DNA of 63,630 bases, filler included, from Choristocarpus tenellus KU-1152 (lineage: Eukaryota; Protista; Phaeophyceae): the NCBI GenBank assembly GCA_964200185.2. It is 9 parts of 9 records of this genome, joined end to end, with 100 filler letters (N's around TTAATTAATTAA, not from the genome) between each part and the next. Parts side by side here need not be neighbours in the genome. Positions count along the whole stretch, not along the records: positions 19,970 to 51,338 come from CAXNAD020000082.1; positions 51,439 to 54,907 come from CAXNAD020019822.1; 7 more parts are not named here. The stretch is one strand, 5' to 3'. Each line of letters starts with the position of its first letter. Within the stretch, counting starts at the first letter, position 1. The notes under the pieces are model-generated. The model did no database searches. It was given only the letters and a program-made list of their open reading frames with translations, and was not told the DNA's origin. The translations under genes were made by a program, and so were the position numbers. Positions 41,501 through 53,826 of the stretch are shown in pieces.

Positions 41501-44500
41501 AGAGAGCCCTTCATAAATGGGAGGATATAGAGTTTTGTGTTACATAATAGATCTAGATACAGATCCAAGCCCAAGATGTACAGCATCAAAAAGAATATCT
41601 TCACTGTCTGCACATCTGGGACCACTTTGTGAATGCACACACCACAACATTTGGTATGCCATGTGATCTTTCTCACCGTAGTAATTCTCAATTACACAGC
41701 TCTTCATCTGTCCAACCCCATAATATAACGGCAACCAATTAGATTTATTCGTATTTTCAAATCCCGTAGTTTTTGACGAAATATCGGAGATTCCCGCCCA
41801 AACAGATACGGGGGATCAGCCAATGATGGGTATGATGTTATAGGATATGCCCCTAATTATTGTATGTATCAATGACGGAATATAATCAGTACTTCATGCA
41901 GTCAATCATTTCTTGCATACGCATATCAATACACTCACACCACCAATTCTGTATTCACTTCACTGGTAGTGTGCATATATGTGCCTGACCTCACGAGTGA
42001 ATTCTTGCCTGTATGGTGATCCTGCACTGAGGTCCATTAGGTCGATAGCATCACCAGCAGATCCATTCAACACCACAAAGGAGGAGGTTGCCGGGCCGCT
42101 GTCACAACCCGAAAGATTGCTATTGGTGACAAAACGCAGCGGTTCCACAGGGCCCAAGTTGCAAATGTCGGCACCAGTGGTGGAGTTTGCCCGGCATGAG
42201 GCAAAGGTAACTGTCCAGGCATAGCCATCAGTGTTTGTGGACCGTGCCACATCCACATTGCCTACTGTATCCAATGCTTCCAGGCTTGTCTCAACCTAGG
42301 ATAGCAGTTTTATCACAGTCAATGAGAACTCCCTGAAAGATATTTCCAATCACCATTTTGAAAAGTTTGACTGCACAATAGTACTAGTGGTGAAAAAACT
42401 GTAAGTGCAGTCACTTGCGCCTTCAAGATAGATCATATCAATAGGGTGGAAACCTTACCTATGTAAAAACGGATATAAAATGCAACATCCTGGTATAGTT
42501 GCAATAGAGCAGGGGGATTTCTTGGGCTCAAGTATCACTAGACTAAGAGGACAACAATCAATGACAAAGTAGTCAGTATACAGGATCAGCCCCCATGACA
42601 GGTTGAGCTTTGCAATGAATTGTGTTTTGATATGTGCAGTTACCTCTTCCGGAAGAGCATTATACGACAGATCTTCAGTATATAACGTGAGACCATCTGA
42701 TCCCGTGAAGGCCAAAATAAATGTTCCCGAAAGTGGGTCTGATCCTTGAACATCAGTCTCGATCATACAAGTTGCCCCTTCTCCGTCCAAACCAGAGCAA
42801 TCAACAGACAGATCAGCTAGGTCGCCAGATCCTGCTGGGAAGTAGCCTGGGTTATCAACAAATGTGATGGACCAGGAATAGCCCAGTTCACCGTCTGGAC
42901 CCGTGCGAGTGACATCCACAGTGCCAACATTGGGCAGTGCCTCCAGTGCGGCCTTCATTGCTGTGTCTGCAGCATTGTAGTCAACACCCTTCATTTGTGA
43001 TTTGTGAGTGGTTAGGCCAGTAGTCAGTATGCAAGTGTTGGAAGCTCAACTAGGATAGAGTCAAGTCCTTTCTTTGGCAGATGAGTAATGTTTTCTAGTG
43101 TCAAGTAGCTAGGCTCATTGGGTGAGAGCATATACCAAGTGCAGGGTTGGATGTTGATGCCAGGTAAGTAAAACCTCGTGCTGTGCAGCTATTGTACAAA
43201 TTGGAAGCGATGGCACACACTCCTGACTCATATATTTACATTCGTAGCAATCAAACAAGCACCCAGGCCTTAAACAAATATCTCATTGTACCACCTAAAT
43301 CCATATGAGGCTCCAACAGTCTGTGTAGTATGAACGACATTTGGGAATCCACTTGTGCTCTAGATATTAGTCTACTCACTCGCAACTAAGAAATTATTTC
43401 ACAAGGATATCACACCTCTGTTTCCCATCCACGCAAGGTGAGTGAAAAGGTCCCAGATAGCTGATTCCCTGCAACAGAGGGGTCTACTCCCCTTCGTTGT
43501 GACAAAGTTTCCTCTCCATCGGAGTAGATGCCCACATCTGCCCCATTGCCTGTTAGTTCATTGTTATAATCCAGTACCTGCAATGAAAGGAGGGATGTAA
43601 ACTCACATATGTTTCAAACACAGACACTACATTGAAAAGAGCACAAGAAAAAGGCATCCACAAAAAGACCCTAGAGGTGAAAGTACATGTGAAGTCCGCA
43701 TTTGGCTTGAAGACTAACCCTTACCTGCATAGATTCCACGTCTCCCTCAACTGTGGAGCCCACAAAGGAGACCCTCCACATCTTCTCGTACTTTGCTGTT
43801 AAGTTTGCAGAAGTAACATTGACTCCTCTATAACCGATTGGATCCAATTTCTCGAGCTCAGTCTGTTTAGGGATTTGGGCGAATTAGTGTCTAGCTTGGG
43901 GCCTTGTCTAGACATCCCATATAGACGTGCAATGGACATTGATTTTGATCGAAAACTTCAATTTTGCACTAAGCAAGACTATCCACTCTCATTTTACAGC
44001 AAGAATTTCAGAGTGCTGTAGGATCATTTAGAATACTAGAAGTGTGCAACGAGTAAAAGTCTTGCATCAAGGCCATGCAACTCAAGGTGTACATTGATAC
44101 AAGTGCCAGCCACTATGTAATGACCATAGTGTAAGACTTGATGCACAGGAACGCGAAAAATGTGCATCTGGCGAACAACCCCACCTAAGGAAAAATCAAA
44201 TAGAGATGCCTTAGATTCTACTCCATGCTTGTTGGTACAAAAATAGACCATGTCATACAAGTATTCGCAGCCTGTTTTGAACTATTCCTCAAGTTCCCAT
44301 GCACATTTTTTTGCATAGCTAATCAGATACTCACCTAACCAGGTACTCAACAGCCCAGTTGTCAAGAATTCATAGAGCCATGACTGCATCAGATACAACC
44401 AAGTGCAACTAGTGCCAAATCATAACTGTGCTCAATGCATTTGAAAGCAGGCATTGTTTGATGTTACATTGCTGGAGAAACGCTGTCAGAGAGAGGGATG

Positions 44501-47500
44501 TGGAAACATCTGAAGGAATTGAACAAAAAGGTATTATGCGTCCAGGATGGGATGTTTTCAACAATGTCATCAAAATCATATTTTCTCAAACAGATGCCTT
44601 TGCAAACCTCTCTACGTCATCTCTTGGATTTATTCTCACCTGTATGTCAACGGCATCTGCATTGTATGAGATGGATGAGGTGGTATGACCCTTGAAGGTG
44701 AGCTTGAATGTGCCAGTCATGCTAGCATATCCTTTGATCACTTCAGAAACATCCACTCGGCGACCACCCTGGCAAGGTTGTTGCAGCATGGAATAATAAG
44801 AAAATTGGTTCAGTGAAGCATTCTCAGGGATGGACGGTGCTCCTATAAGATCTCTATCAATTTTGACGCTGCAATTGGATGTCAACTACACATTATCACC
44901 GTCCTACCTCTGCATGAATAACATATATGGCCTGCATGATAAAAAATTGAGACCACAAACGTGTAATGATCTAGAGCACACACATTCTCCAGCACACACT
45001 CTACTAGTTCTACGAAAACCAACTCAGAAGTAGAAGCTTCCACTACCTTGGGAAGCATTTCCACGTGCCCTTTGTAAGGGTTCTACACCAACCTATGGGG
45101 ACCTCCTTTCATCCTACATTGTGTGTGATGAATTTGACACCTATGTCCTAATTTTCCACAACCCAGACACACAAACATTTATACACAGACTAACCCGGCC
45201 TAACCAAGCGGTAGACCTGGACCAGCCCTATCAAAATGTTCAGACAATCGTGGACCAGATCTGTCAAAGAATGCTTTTACTGGGTCGGCCTGGTGACCAC
45301 CTTTTTCAAATTTACCGACATGATAAGAAGCCTGAGAAATGTACCCATTTACCTACCTCAAGATTATCCACATCTGACTTCATCAGCGGTACATCCCCCC
45401 TGTAATTCTTCACTGCCATGAATGTAACGTTGAAACCCAGAGATAAAGGGTATTTCTGGCAAGCTTGAGACACCCCTGTGTTAAATGAAACGTTTACAGA
45501 AGAAATTGTTGAGATCTCTTCCAGAGCTGTGGCAATATCATCCCCACTAGCATCATAAGCAATAACATCTGTCTCCGACCCATCAAAGGAGAGGGTGAAA
45601 GTGCCGCCGCTTGCATCACATTCCACCATCTGCAGGAAAATTAGAGGCAAAGAGACAAGGAGGCTCAGAGAGATACATCAATGCTTTGCCTTTTCTTTGT
45701 TTGCCACTGTGGAAGATGACCAATAGTGCTGTGCAAGGACCCTCGAAAAAAAGATAAGTTGTGAGCTCATCAAGGCCAAGATGATCTACTGAGCATCAAA
45801 CACTAGGGAGGAAAATCGAAAACACATCGTTGATACCTTGAACTTGAAAAATCTCTGCAGAAAGAAACACACTGGTAGGGTAGAGGACTAGACCGGTTGA
45901 CCTCACCTGAACTTCATACACGGTGGAGCCATTGAATTCACTTGTAAAATCATCATCCATCATAAGATGGAGCAACTGGACCTCTGAGATGGCAGAGGCA
46001 TTTGTGCTCACAACCTGGAAATGGATCAGAGCAAGAATTACGTGGTTATGAGAAGATGATACCTAATACCCACGATTCTTAGCAAGATGGAATCATCTAC
46101 AAAGCATCTAAGTTCAAGTGTGCTATTTAGAGGAGAACTTAAGAAATATACGACAAAAATATAAGCAGCATACTTTGCACACAAATCACAGTCAGTAGAG
46201 TTGTAGCAGGTTCCTACAGCTCTCCTCAGCCCCCCCCCCCAAGATGCTTTGAGCAGTTCTGCAATGGTAATGATAGCACATAGCATAGTCAATAGTATGC
46301 CTCAGATTAATGGCAGGGCCGGGCAGGGAGACATTGCACCGAGAAATGAGATATCTGACCTGCACTTCCTCTGAAGCTTCGCATGAAATTGTCAGTGCCT
46401 GCACCTCATCCTCAAAAGGCGATGTGGAATACTCAATGTGATACCTGGGAAGTATGATTCGACCAGTGGAACAGGCATATTCAAAAAGAAATAGATGTTA
46501 TTGGAAAGGAGGTAGGATGAAGCAAGAGTATTGAGGGTAGGTAATAAGGCAAGCGAGGCTACCGAAAGTGTGATAAAGCAGGGGATGCAAGATTGCAACA
46601 ATTCAGAAAATACGAAATGAGATCATGGTGGCAACCCTAATATTCTCTAGTACCCTGCTATTGTAGTGGCTATTAACACCCCAAAGCATACCTCAAAGCC
46701 ATCCATTCTCTCTGCATCATTTCTTTCGCACCTGTCAACCTCTTCACCCCCTGTCGAGACAGGTGTGGAAAAGCCAACCCTCAGGGTGCTTCCATCTACT
46801 GCCTCGAGGGTTACACTTTCAGGGGGTTCACTACTCTGAGGGAGTGGAATTGCATATGGTGTGGCTGGCACGGCTGATAGACCTGAGCATATCACATTTG
46901 AAGACAGCGGAAGGGAATATTGAAAATCTCTGCTTTTTAATCATAGCGGAGCACCACTTATGACTAGATCAGTCTTCCTAGTAGGTGCACAATTGTCACC
47001 TGACTTCTAGTAGATCTATTTATTTGACCTTCCACCAAATATCTCCCATGAGATGGTGTATCACTCATAGTTGCCCACATCTCGTCACTAACCTCCTCCA
47101 ATAGGGTTTGTTGCGGTGACTCGGAAGTAGTACGCTATACCCTCCTCTAGACCTGACACCAACATCTGAAGGTTGGATAGGTCTGTGAGGGTGGCTCCAC
47201 CAAGGGGCAGAGAATTATCAGGGTCAAGAGAGTCAAACGAGGGGCTTATACCCCCCACATACTCCGACACCTGCACAGGAGACCAGGTAGGTATATTGGG
47301 TCGGCTCTTTCGTTTGGGATTGATTTGCTGGTTTTTGAGCGACTAAGGTATGCATCTTAGCAGACAGAAGACGTGCTGGCTAGCACCAAATATCCTCATT
47401 TGGACATTTCTGGAGGCATTAAACGTAAAAGGTATTGTATATTCAACACACGTAGCAGCAAAGTTGCTGTAATTCAAATTGTCATTGGCAAAGCGGGAAG

Positions 47501-50500
47501 AGGACTGGCCTCCCTCAAAACCAGTGCGAAGAAATAACCTTGAACTCAACTGCAGTTTAAGGTGAACAGCGGTCACCTAACCTTACTGTCGCCCTATCCT
47601 TTTTTCTTAGAACCAAATCAGGGTCTGAGCACATCAATTCCGCAATAAAATAGGAAGGGCTTCAAGTTGATGGAGTTAATAACAAGCTCAAAATTAAGCT
47701 TCGACTGCTATTGTCTATTACCTCAAGTGTGGGAGCAGTGCCGATCATTGCCATAATATCGCTTGTGATCTCACTCATATCTCCAAGGTTTGTTGTGAAA
47801 GTGATCCACCATGTGTAGCCTCCATCAACCTTGAAGGAGGAGTGCAAACAGACAATGTGGCGACTTTGAGAAAAAAAACAGCAAAAGTCAATCCGTGACT
47901 CATAGGAGAAATATTGTCAACATCCGACTTGAAGATTGCATTTGTGCTGATCACAGAAAGCAAACAAAGGAAAAACAACTAGATGATATCCATCATCCCA
48001 CCTTGGCATTTCCGTCGTATCGTTCAACATCCACAGACCCAATGGTGTCTAGAGACTCCAGGGACATTTTCACATCCCTTGCTGTGGCATTATGATTAAG
48101 ATATTGTGAGTGTTCCCCTAAGAAAAACAGGGCGAAGTCACCCCCAAGATTTACGCTTGTTCCAGATCGGTTCCTCGCTATAGATATCCCGTCATTGCCC
48201 TGGTGTAGGTAGGGAAAGTACCAAAGGATATTGCAGTTTAGTCCATGAGGGAGGGTGGTAATGTCTAGCCCTCCAAAATCTCACACAAATCTAATCTGGA
48301 ATGAGATCAGGTGCAGTTGTTATCTTCAACGTGTTGAAAAATTGTCCTGCTCCTCACACGACAAACTCCCCTACATTGAACCCAAAAGTACTTCCTGGAT
48401 ATTCGAAAAATCATTCTGTACATCACCTCGAATCGTTTTACCTCTTAAGTGCAAGATCCTTATCAGGCCCCAAATTACCTGAACTGCATCCGTGGCCAGG
48501 TCACTGTAGCTTGAGTTAGTGAGATTGTAGAATGCCACAGTCATCAAAGGCAGTTCGCCATTGTTCTCTTCAGTTCCTGTATTCGTCTCAAAATTCACAT
48601 CCCAGGTGCAGGCAAAGTCGTCCGTTGTGTTGTCCCTTGCTGCCACACTCACCTGGTAGGTAATAACGGTTTAATGATTTTGGCACAGGTCGATTGAAGA
48701 AGAAGCAGGGTTTAGATAAGTATATAGAAAAAAAATGTTAGTTGCAGGTCGCAAGGCACTAGGGTAACAAAGTTAGAATATCAACCCCCCAGCTAACACA
48801 AGATTGATTGCTACAGAAGTACCATGTTCAGTAGCTAATGTACCACAAATTGAAGCCATTTCCACAAATGTGTACAGAGAATGAATCTAAGGGGTGAATG
48901 GTAGTGAGGTGATAAATCCAAATGCAACTCTACGCAGTACCGTTGGGGAGGTTTCAAAGCATAATTGTGGTGGCATTGTTTGAGCAGAGATTCCCAGACT
49001 TTGGAGTGGTAATGGCATTTGTGGTTCCCTAGCTAGATACCCCGTTTTTCCAGATTTTCCAGAAGTCAAGAAGTTCAAGTTATATGTTGAGAATTGTATC
49101 CTACGTTATATTGATTCAATGCCATATACAGAACAATTGCATCATGAACTAAGCTGAGTTGAAGAAGTAATATGTAGCATCTCACACAAAATGCATTGTA
49201 CACCTTGGCAGGCATATTATACCTCGCCAACAGATGAAAGTAGCTCCAGCTCGTACTTGATAGCATCCACAGTGCCATTCTGAATTGTCCACACAGAGAC
49301 TGTGTCATCCCCAATAGTGACCTCTGATGAAGGTCCCTCTGTGTCACTCACCACTTTCATCTGAAACCAGTAGAATCATTTAACTAGAGGGTAAGCCCAG
49401 GACAGGATGATTTGATTTCTTGTATCAAACTGTGCCCTTTGAGCAAGTGTAGCAAGTGTGCAAAATGACTTCAACAATATCAGCAGAATCACATTTTTAG
49501 GCATGATGACATAAATTGGCTGGATTGTTTCTATGTCTGGACAGGAGTGGTGTTGGTGGAAGGTTTGAACAACATTTGTGACCATCGACATCTCAGTCTC
49601 AATACCTTGAGGGACAAAAATATCTACAGCAGTTGAGAAACACCCTGAGCAACATAATTTGCCTTGTTTTGGCAGCAACTTACACAGGACACCCATCGAC
49701 ACCCCTACCACTCTCCGAATTTTCGGCACTTATCAAGACATTGTTGTCAACTGCTATATTCCCTAAGGAAATAAAAAAAAACTCCTAGGTTATCAATGCT
49801 TAACATAAATCCTGTGAAGGAGGTCTGTGTAAACCAAAACACAAACTTTAGACCCAAACCCTAAGTTCAAAAAATCGATACTATTGCAGTAGTCAACCAA
49901 GCATCCAGGATGCTGTGACATACACTCATCGCTTCACTTTTTTCTTTTCCTTTACACCAGGCTTACTTCCAACTCACAAGGTTATGTAGCTGAAAGTTTT
50001 GGCAGCCTAATACCTTGTATTGTTGCAACAGCTATATATATTTACATGAAACCAAAGCAACTCCCATGGTACTGGAGGTGAACAGCACCCCAAAAGAACA
50101 CTTCCAATACACCACATCACCTGATCCAGGTTACCAGGAGCATTGTTGAAGGTGACAAACCACTCACAGGAATCATCGGCACCAGTGGAGTTATACCCCA
50201 CACTTACACCCCCAACACCATCCACCTGTCAAGCATGCAATTAGAAATGTGGGTTTGTATCAGACTCCAGTCACTGTACTAATGCGATGTCCCTATCTTA
50301 CTGAAAATTCAAGAGATATCAAATACTCTTTCAAATCCTCTGGCAGAACCTTAAAGTCTATAGGGTACCAATTGGACCATATCAGAAAATATTGTATCTT
50401 GGTGTATTTCTTAAACAACGACCTGACAGAAATTTTCTCTGTCCACAAATCTCCTAAAAAATTCGACTTAGCAAAACGATTTTGAACCCAAGTACATCCT

Positions 50501-50870
50501 CCAAGGGTTGCACCAAGATAACCATCTAGTACTAACAATATAATTTAATTCTACTCCAAGTGGAAATATTCAACAGAAAAAATAATCCAAGCGTAGCCAC
50601 TGCACTACAGGGTAGAACATGCAACACTCACACGAATAGATCTACTTGCTTGTGTGTAACATTGAATCCAAGACAATATGTAGTAGTTCCCTTCAAGATC
50701 CCACAGCATTTCGATCTATTTACAGTTGGAACAAACAATTTCTCCCAAATACAGGAAGTTTAGGGTTAAATACCTCTTCAACAGCCGCCTCAATAGCTGC
50801 TGCTGGCTTAGAGCAATCTCCGTACGATGGGTTTGCTTCAATGGTGTCTGTGGCCGTAGTGACACCATCC
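20518..50870 (-). CDS. Partial giant multi-exon gene: titin-like FN3 + filamin/Ig + PA14 + repeated beta-module protein (stramenopile type), open at both ends
   Basis: Manual phase-consistent exon chain, 5' to 3' on minus: 50870-50774, 50225-50121, 49360-49223, 48652-48479, 48199-48002, 47829-47722, 47270-47093, 46882-46732, 46444-46360, 46014-45907, 45629-45357, 44768-44640, 43862-43725, 43577-43416, 42988-42644, 42295-42009, 39470-39262, 39048-38934, 38097-37969, 37602-37518, 36852-36712, 36431-36320, 35920-35790, 35339-35271, 34954-34841, 34553-34439, 33997-33774, 33564-33274, 32621-32475, 32126-31971, 31327-31175, 31045-30931, 30501-30360, 30159-29967, 29384-29227, 28880-28703 (acceptor uncertain), 28274-28125, 27798-27652, 27526-27447, 27062-26996, 26802-26591, 26181-26100, 25783-25661, 25538-25440, 25087-24907, 24488-24379, 24075-23878, 23587-23528, 23242-23141, 22887-22678, 22457-22306, 22023-21739, 21129-20986, 20728-20518. 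That is 54 exons and about 8.3 kb of coding sequence. Recurrent module: EVQ..GTFTLSF.G..T..I.YNA.A..V..ALE.L..VG.V.V.R....G..W.VTF...GDL. Confidence 0.88.
21245..21501 (+). mobile_element. MITE family A, intronic full copy
   Basis: GAGTCAAGGTATCTTAGAGGGTA ... TACCCTCCAAGATACTTTCACTC; flanks share TCT. Confidence 0.9.
21739..24075 (-). other. Tandem filamin/ABP280-type Ig repeat exons of the giant gene
   Basis: PIAGSPFDIEVVPG, AEAGVPSMFVIQAKDNWGN, GLTGYFNIQAKDTYGNN, VVDNDDGTYTAIYTVPRAGTYEMRV, AVVGEPATFIVVSRDAFGN. Confidence 0.85.
24379..25538 (-). other. PA14 domain exons of the giant gene
   Basis: GGLSASYWDNQWL...RIDPEIKFDWGTGSITPYGRDYVSVRWVGKLLAPSTETFTFYLRADDAARLYVDHELLINTW...YHDLVVEYREQTGAAAVQLMWSS is a canonical PA14 pattern with the DD motif. 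Confidence 0.9.
35790..39470 (-). other. Tandem fibronectin type III exons of the giant gene
   Basis: SISLEWRHPTVDGG...GYELWM...LVYDG...LESSRNYRFRVRAIN; ILWVAPMDNGGSPITSYRV...NLSEGELYTFYIQAVNAYGTS; ITISWTEPVDTGKSPINGYQV. Confidence 0.9.
39661..39907 (-). mobile_element. MITE family A, intronic full copy in reverse orientation
   Basis: GAGTGAAAGTATAGAGGGTACGAG ... CTACCCTCTATGATACTTTGAGTC with a 4-bp direct repeat AATA on both sides. Confidence 0.9.
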
Positions 50871-51224
50871 CTGGAGTAGAACACGAGGTGAAATGATAGT
50901 CCATACGACACATGCGCATCTCCCCCAGAGGACAGAGTATCTGTGTTGAGGAATATTTAGCAGGGAGTTTCTTAGCTACAGAGAGTCAAAATGGCAAGAA
51001 GGTGCTTTAATAGAGATTAGGGAGTATGGTCAGAAACAATAGGAGTACCTGAACTCCTTGGGGTACAAAAGTCTGTTTGCTTCAATGTAGGGGGCAGATC
51101 TCATGGCATCATCAGCAAATGTAGGTTCTCAACTGATGAGAGTGTTTTTGAATGTTTTTTTCCCTCCACACTACAAAAAATGTATAATCTGATCAATGAT
51201 ATGATCTAAGCACGCTTCCACTAC

Positions 51225-51338
51225 GAGTCAAAGTATCTTAGGGTTAGGGTAGGGCCGCGTCCACTTGGGGGCCAAAATCCAATGTTGCGATTTTGATGTA
51301 ATTTCGGCTATTGTGTTTGGCTCAAAGTATCTGGGGGG
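51225..51338 (+). mobile_element. MITE family A left arm with the start of a nested family B copy (51319-51338)
   Basis: GAGTCAAAGTATCTTAGGG...GGCTATTGTGTTT then GGCTCAAAGTATCTGGGGGG at the contig end. Confidence 0.8.
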
Positions 51339-51438
51339 NNNNNNNNNNNNNNNNNNNNNNNNNNNNNNNNNNNNNNNNNNNNTTAATTAATTAANNNNNN
51401 NNNNNNNNNNNNNNNNNNNNNNNNNNNNNNNNNNNNNN

Positions 51439-52519
51439 TTTTTCCGCATCGTTTTCGGTCAAAACCATCCTCAATAGTACGCTCCATCCTCAATTTATAA
51501 AATCCACTATTAGATCGCGAGGTTTCTAAGGAGTGAAAAAAATGAAACTGAAGCTCTAAAATATTGATCCATTTCTTGTGATGCCACCGCCCAGCCCCTC
51601 ATCTCCCCACTCTCCAGGTTTCCTAAAAGTTGATCCCACTGCGAAACCCAGAAAAATCATTATTGAAATTAGCTAATGAACTCGGCAGCACAAAATAAAA
51701 AGGTCATCTGACTCGGAGGAAAATGCTGAGCTGAAGAAAAAGCATTCAAGACCGGTAATATAATAGACCTATCCCAATATCGTACATATAATTATTGATG
51801 TAGTCTGTGCAGTAGGTAAGGTTTGAAGTGGTTTATGCAGATGAGTTTGTTGTGCTATGTGTTTAAGGAATGAGGAGATTGTGTCACCTGGGGGGGAATA
51901 CAACTCCCATGCCTTATCCTAATGAACTATATCTCTGTTAGATGCATTACGTTCTGTACTAATCCCACCTACTTACCTGCCGTGAAAACAAATTAAAAAG
52001 CATATGCAGTTCTATGACCAGCCCAAGGACCCACGACCCACCTCTAGGTCATTAGCGTGCTTGCACACAAGGTCACATCTGCAAAATGAAGTTCTACAGG
52101 ATGTGGTGCAGAAGACCCTTGAATTCAAGACACTAGGACCTGCAGTCACCCTGTGGGTGGACCTTGCCCTGCTATGCAGGGCTTCAAAGACGAGTGTGGT
52201 GAGAGCATGGCTCAACTTTGAGAAGCATTAAAGATTCACAGCCTGGTTGTGCCATCGCTTGGTCCTGTGCATTTGGCTGCCTACGTCATGTTATGGGTAT
52301 TATCTACAGGGGTTTCCCTGGGGGGTAGAGAAATAGTGAGATGATAGTTGATTCCAAGATCAATATGCTGTAACAGCAGTAGATCACAGTATCTTAACTC
52401 ATGATGGAGCCGTAGCAGTGTTGGTGTCACTGGCTGCAATGCAATACATATAGTTGAGTGTTGATCATCCTTCCTGACAGTCCCCTTTTGCTCACACACA
52501 ATCAATACCCGTAACCCTC
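51439..52519 (+). repeat. Left arm of a 1081-bp inverted repeat
   Basis: Reverse complement of 53827-54907; mirrored ORFs 52004-52231(+) and 54115-54342(-) are identical. Confidence 0.97.
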
Positions 52520-53826
52520 ATGCCGAATTCCTGACAGGGATGTATGAATTTCTCAAAGCATAGGGCCAGGTGTGCCCCCTCCGTACAAACACTTCAGGAG
52601 CTAGAGGAGGATACACCAATTTCTCTAGTGGAGTTTGTGAACAAATATGAGCTTGCGGTTGGTCCCAATGTGTTGTCTGAGTAGACAGGCTGGTGATCCA
52701 TATGACCACTTTGTATATGTTAGAGATATTCGTGGACTGTTGGTGCAGTGCAGTGACCTTTAGAACAGCTGCTGTGGGTTTGACATTTTGTGCTTGTTCG
52801 CTTGTTCTTTTTTGTAATTTTGGTGTTCTGAAAAAGGACCTTCACAAGTGTCGTTCTTGAGGTGGATATCATTGTTTAACCGGCCCTCTGCTGCGTGTCG
52901 GGTACAATTGCACTGGTAGGTTTATCTACTTGTACAGAAGGAGCATGTCCTTCTTCAAGGCGAACTTACAACAGCTGCTCGTCTAGTGTGTGCTGCCTTA
53001 TTTGTACTGTGCTGGAGTATGTCGGCCTTGGTGTATCATGGTGACACATGGTGATACTAGGTACACATAAATCTGTAGGGGATACCACTGCCATTTCCTT
53101 GGGGATGTAGCAACCTTTGCTTTGGTTTCTTCCTTGGCTTCTATGTTTGCGGTTTGGTCTATTGTCCCTGTTGTACAATGTATATCTGCCTGGCAGAAGA
53201 TTGGTGCATCGGCCCCTTGCTGATTGAACCCTCTGCCTTGTGGCTTTGGTTGTCAAATCGCTATTAGTGTGTCTTGGGGTACTTGCCTGGGTGTGGATTT
53301 TTCGGTGCTGTGTGCTATTATTAAGAACTATGCATATTATTGTTAGGTGCAGCTCAGAACTAGGCAAGCAGAGTGTAATCGTTTTTGTTGGGTGTTGCAG
53401 GCCGCTGAACTGGAGTAATGCACTTTTGTGAAGCACTTGTGCCCATGTGCCAGTCTACCGTGTGATGGTTATGTCGAGTTAGGTATTGACAAGCCCGGCA
53501 TAAGTCGTTCTAGCATGTGTAGGTTGACAGGGTGTCTATAGAAGAGGAAGCTCTATGCCAGTTTGGAACCATGTGCTTGAGAGGCACAAATAGGAAGAAC
53601 TGGGGAAATGTGTGTGTGGAGTATTGCATGGTATTGGAGAGGCATTATTGCCGCCTACCAAAGCAACTATAAATAGTATTATAATGTTATGATAACAATG
53701 AATGTGTCTAGTCCAAGACATTCGAAGCACACAGTGAGAGCAGAAATGAGAATGAGAGAATCTTTACTTGAAGAATATGAGGTAAAAAGATTCACTCAGT
53801 ATATTCCATTGGTAGGAGTTAAGCAC

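Noticed and set aside
20377-50919. Dozens of separate small genes, or an operon, suggested by the ORF track
   Set aside because: The protein-like parts are bounded by splice sites and join in phase into one gene; plus-strand ORFs are antisense shadows.
52004-52505. Duplicated ORFs in the inverted arms as real genes, including a faint His-Cys endonuclease-like CCN motif
   Set aside because: Short, stop-ridden and without a convincing motif; the duplication merely reflects the inverted repeat.
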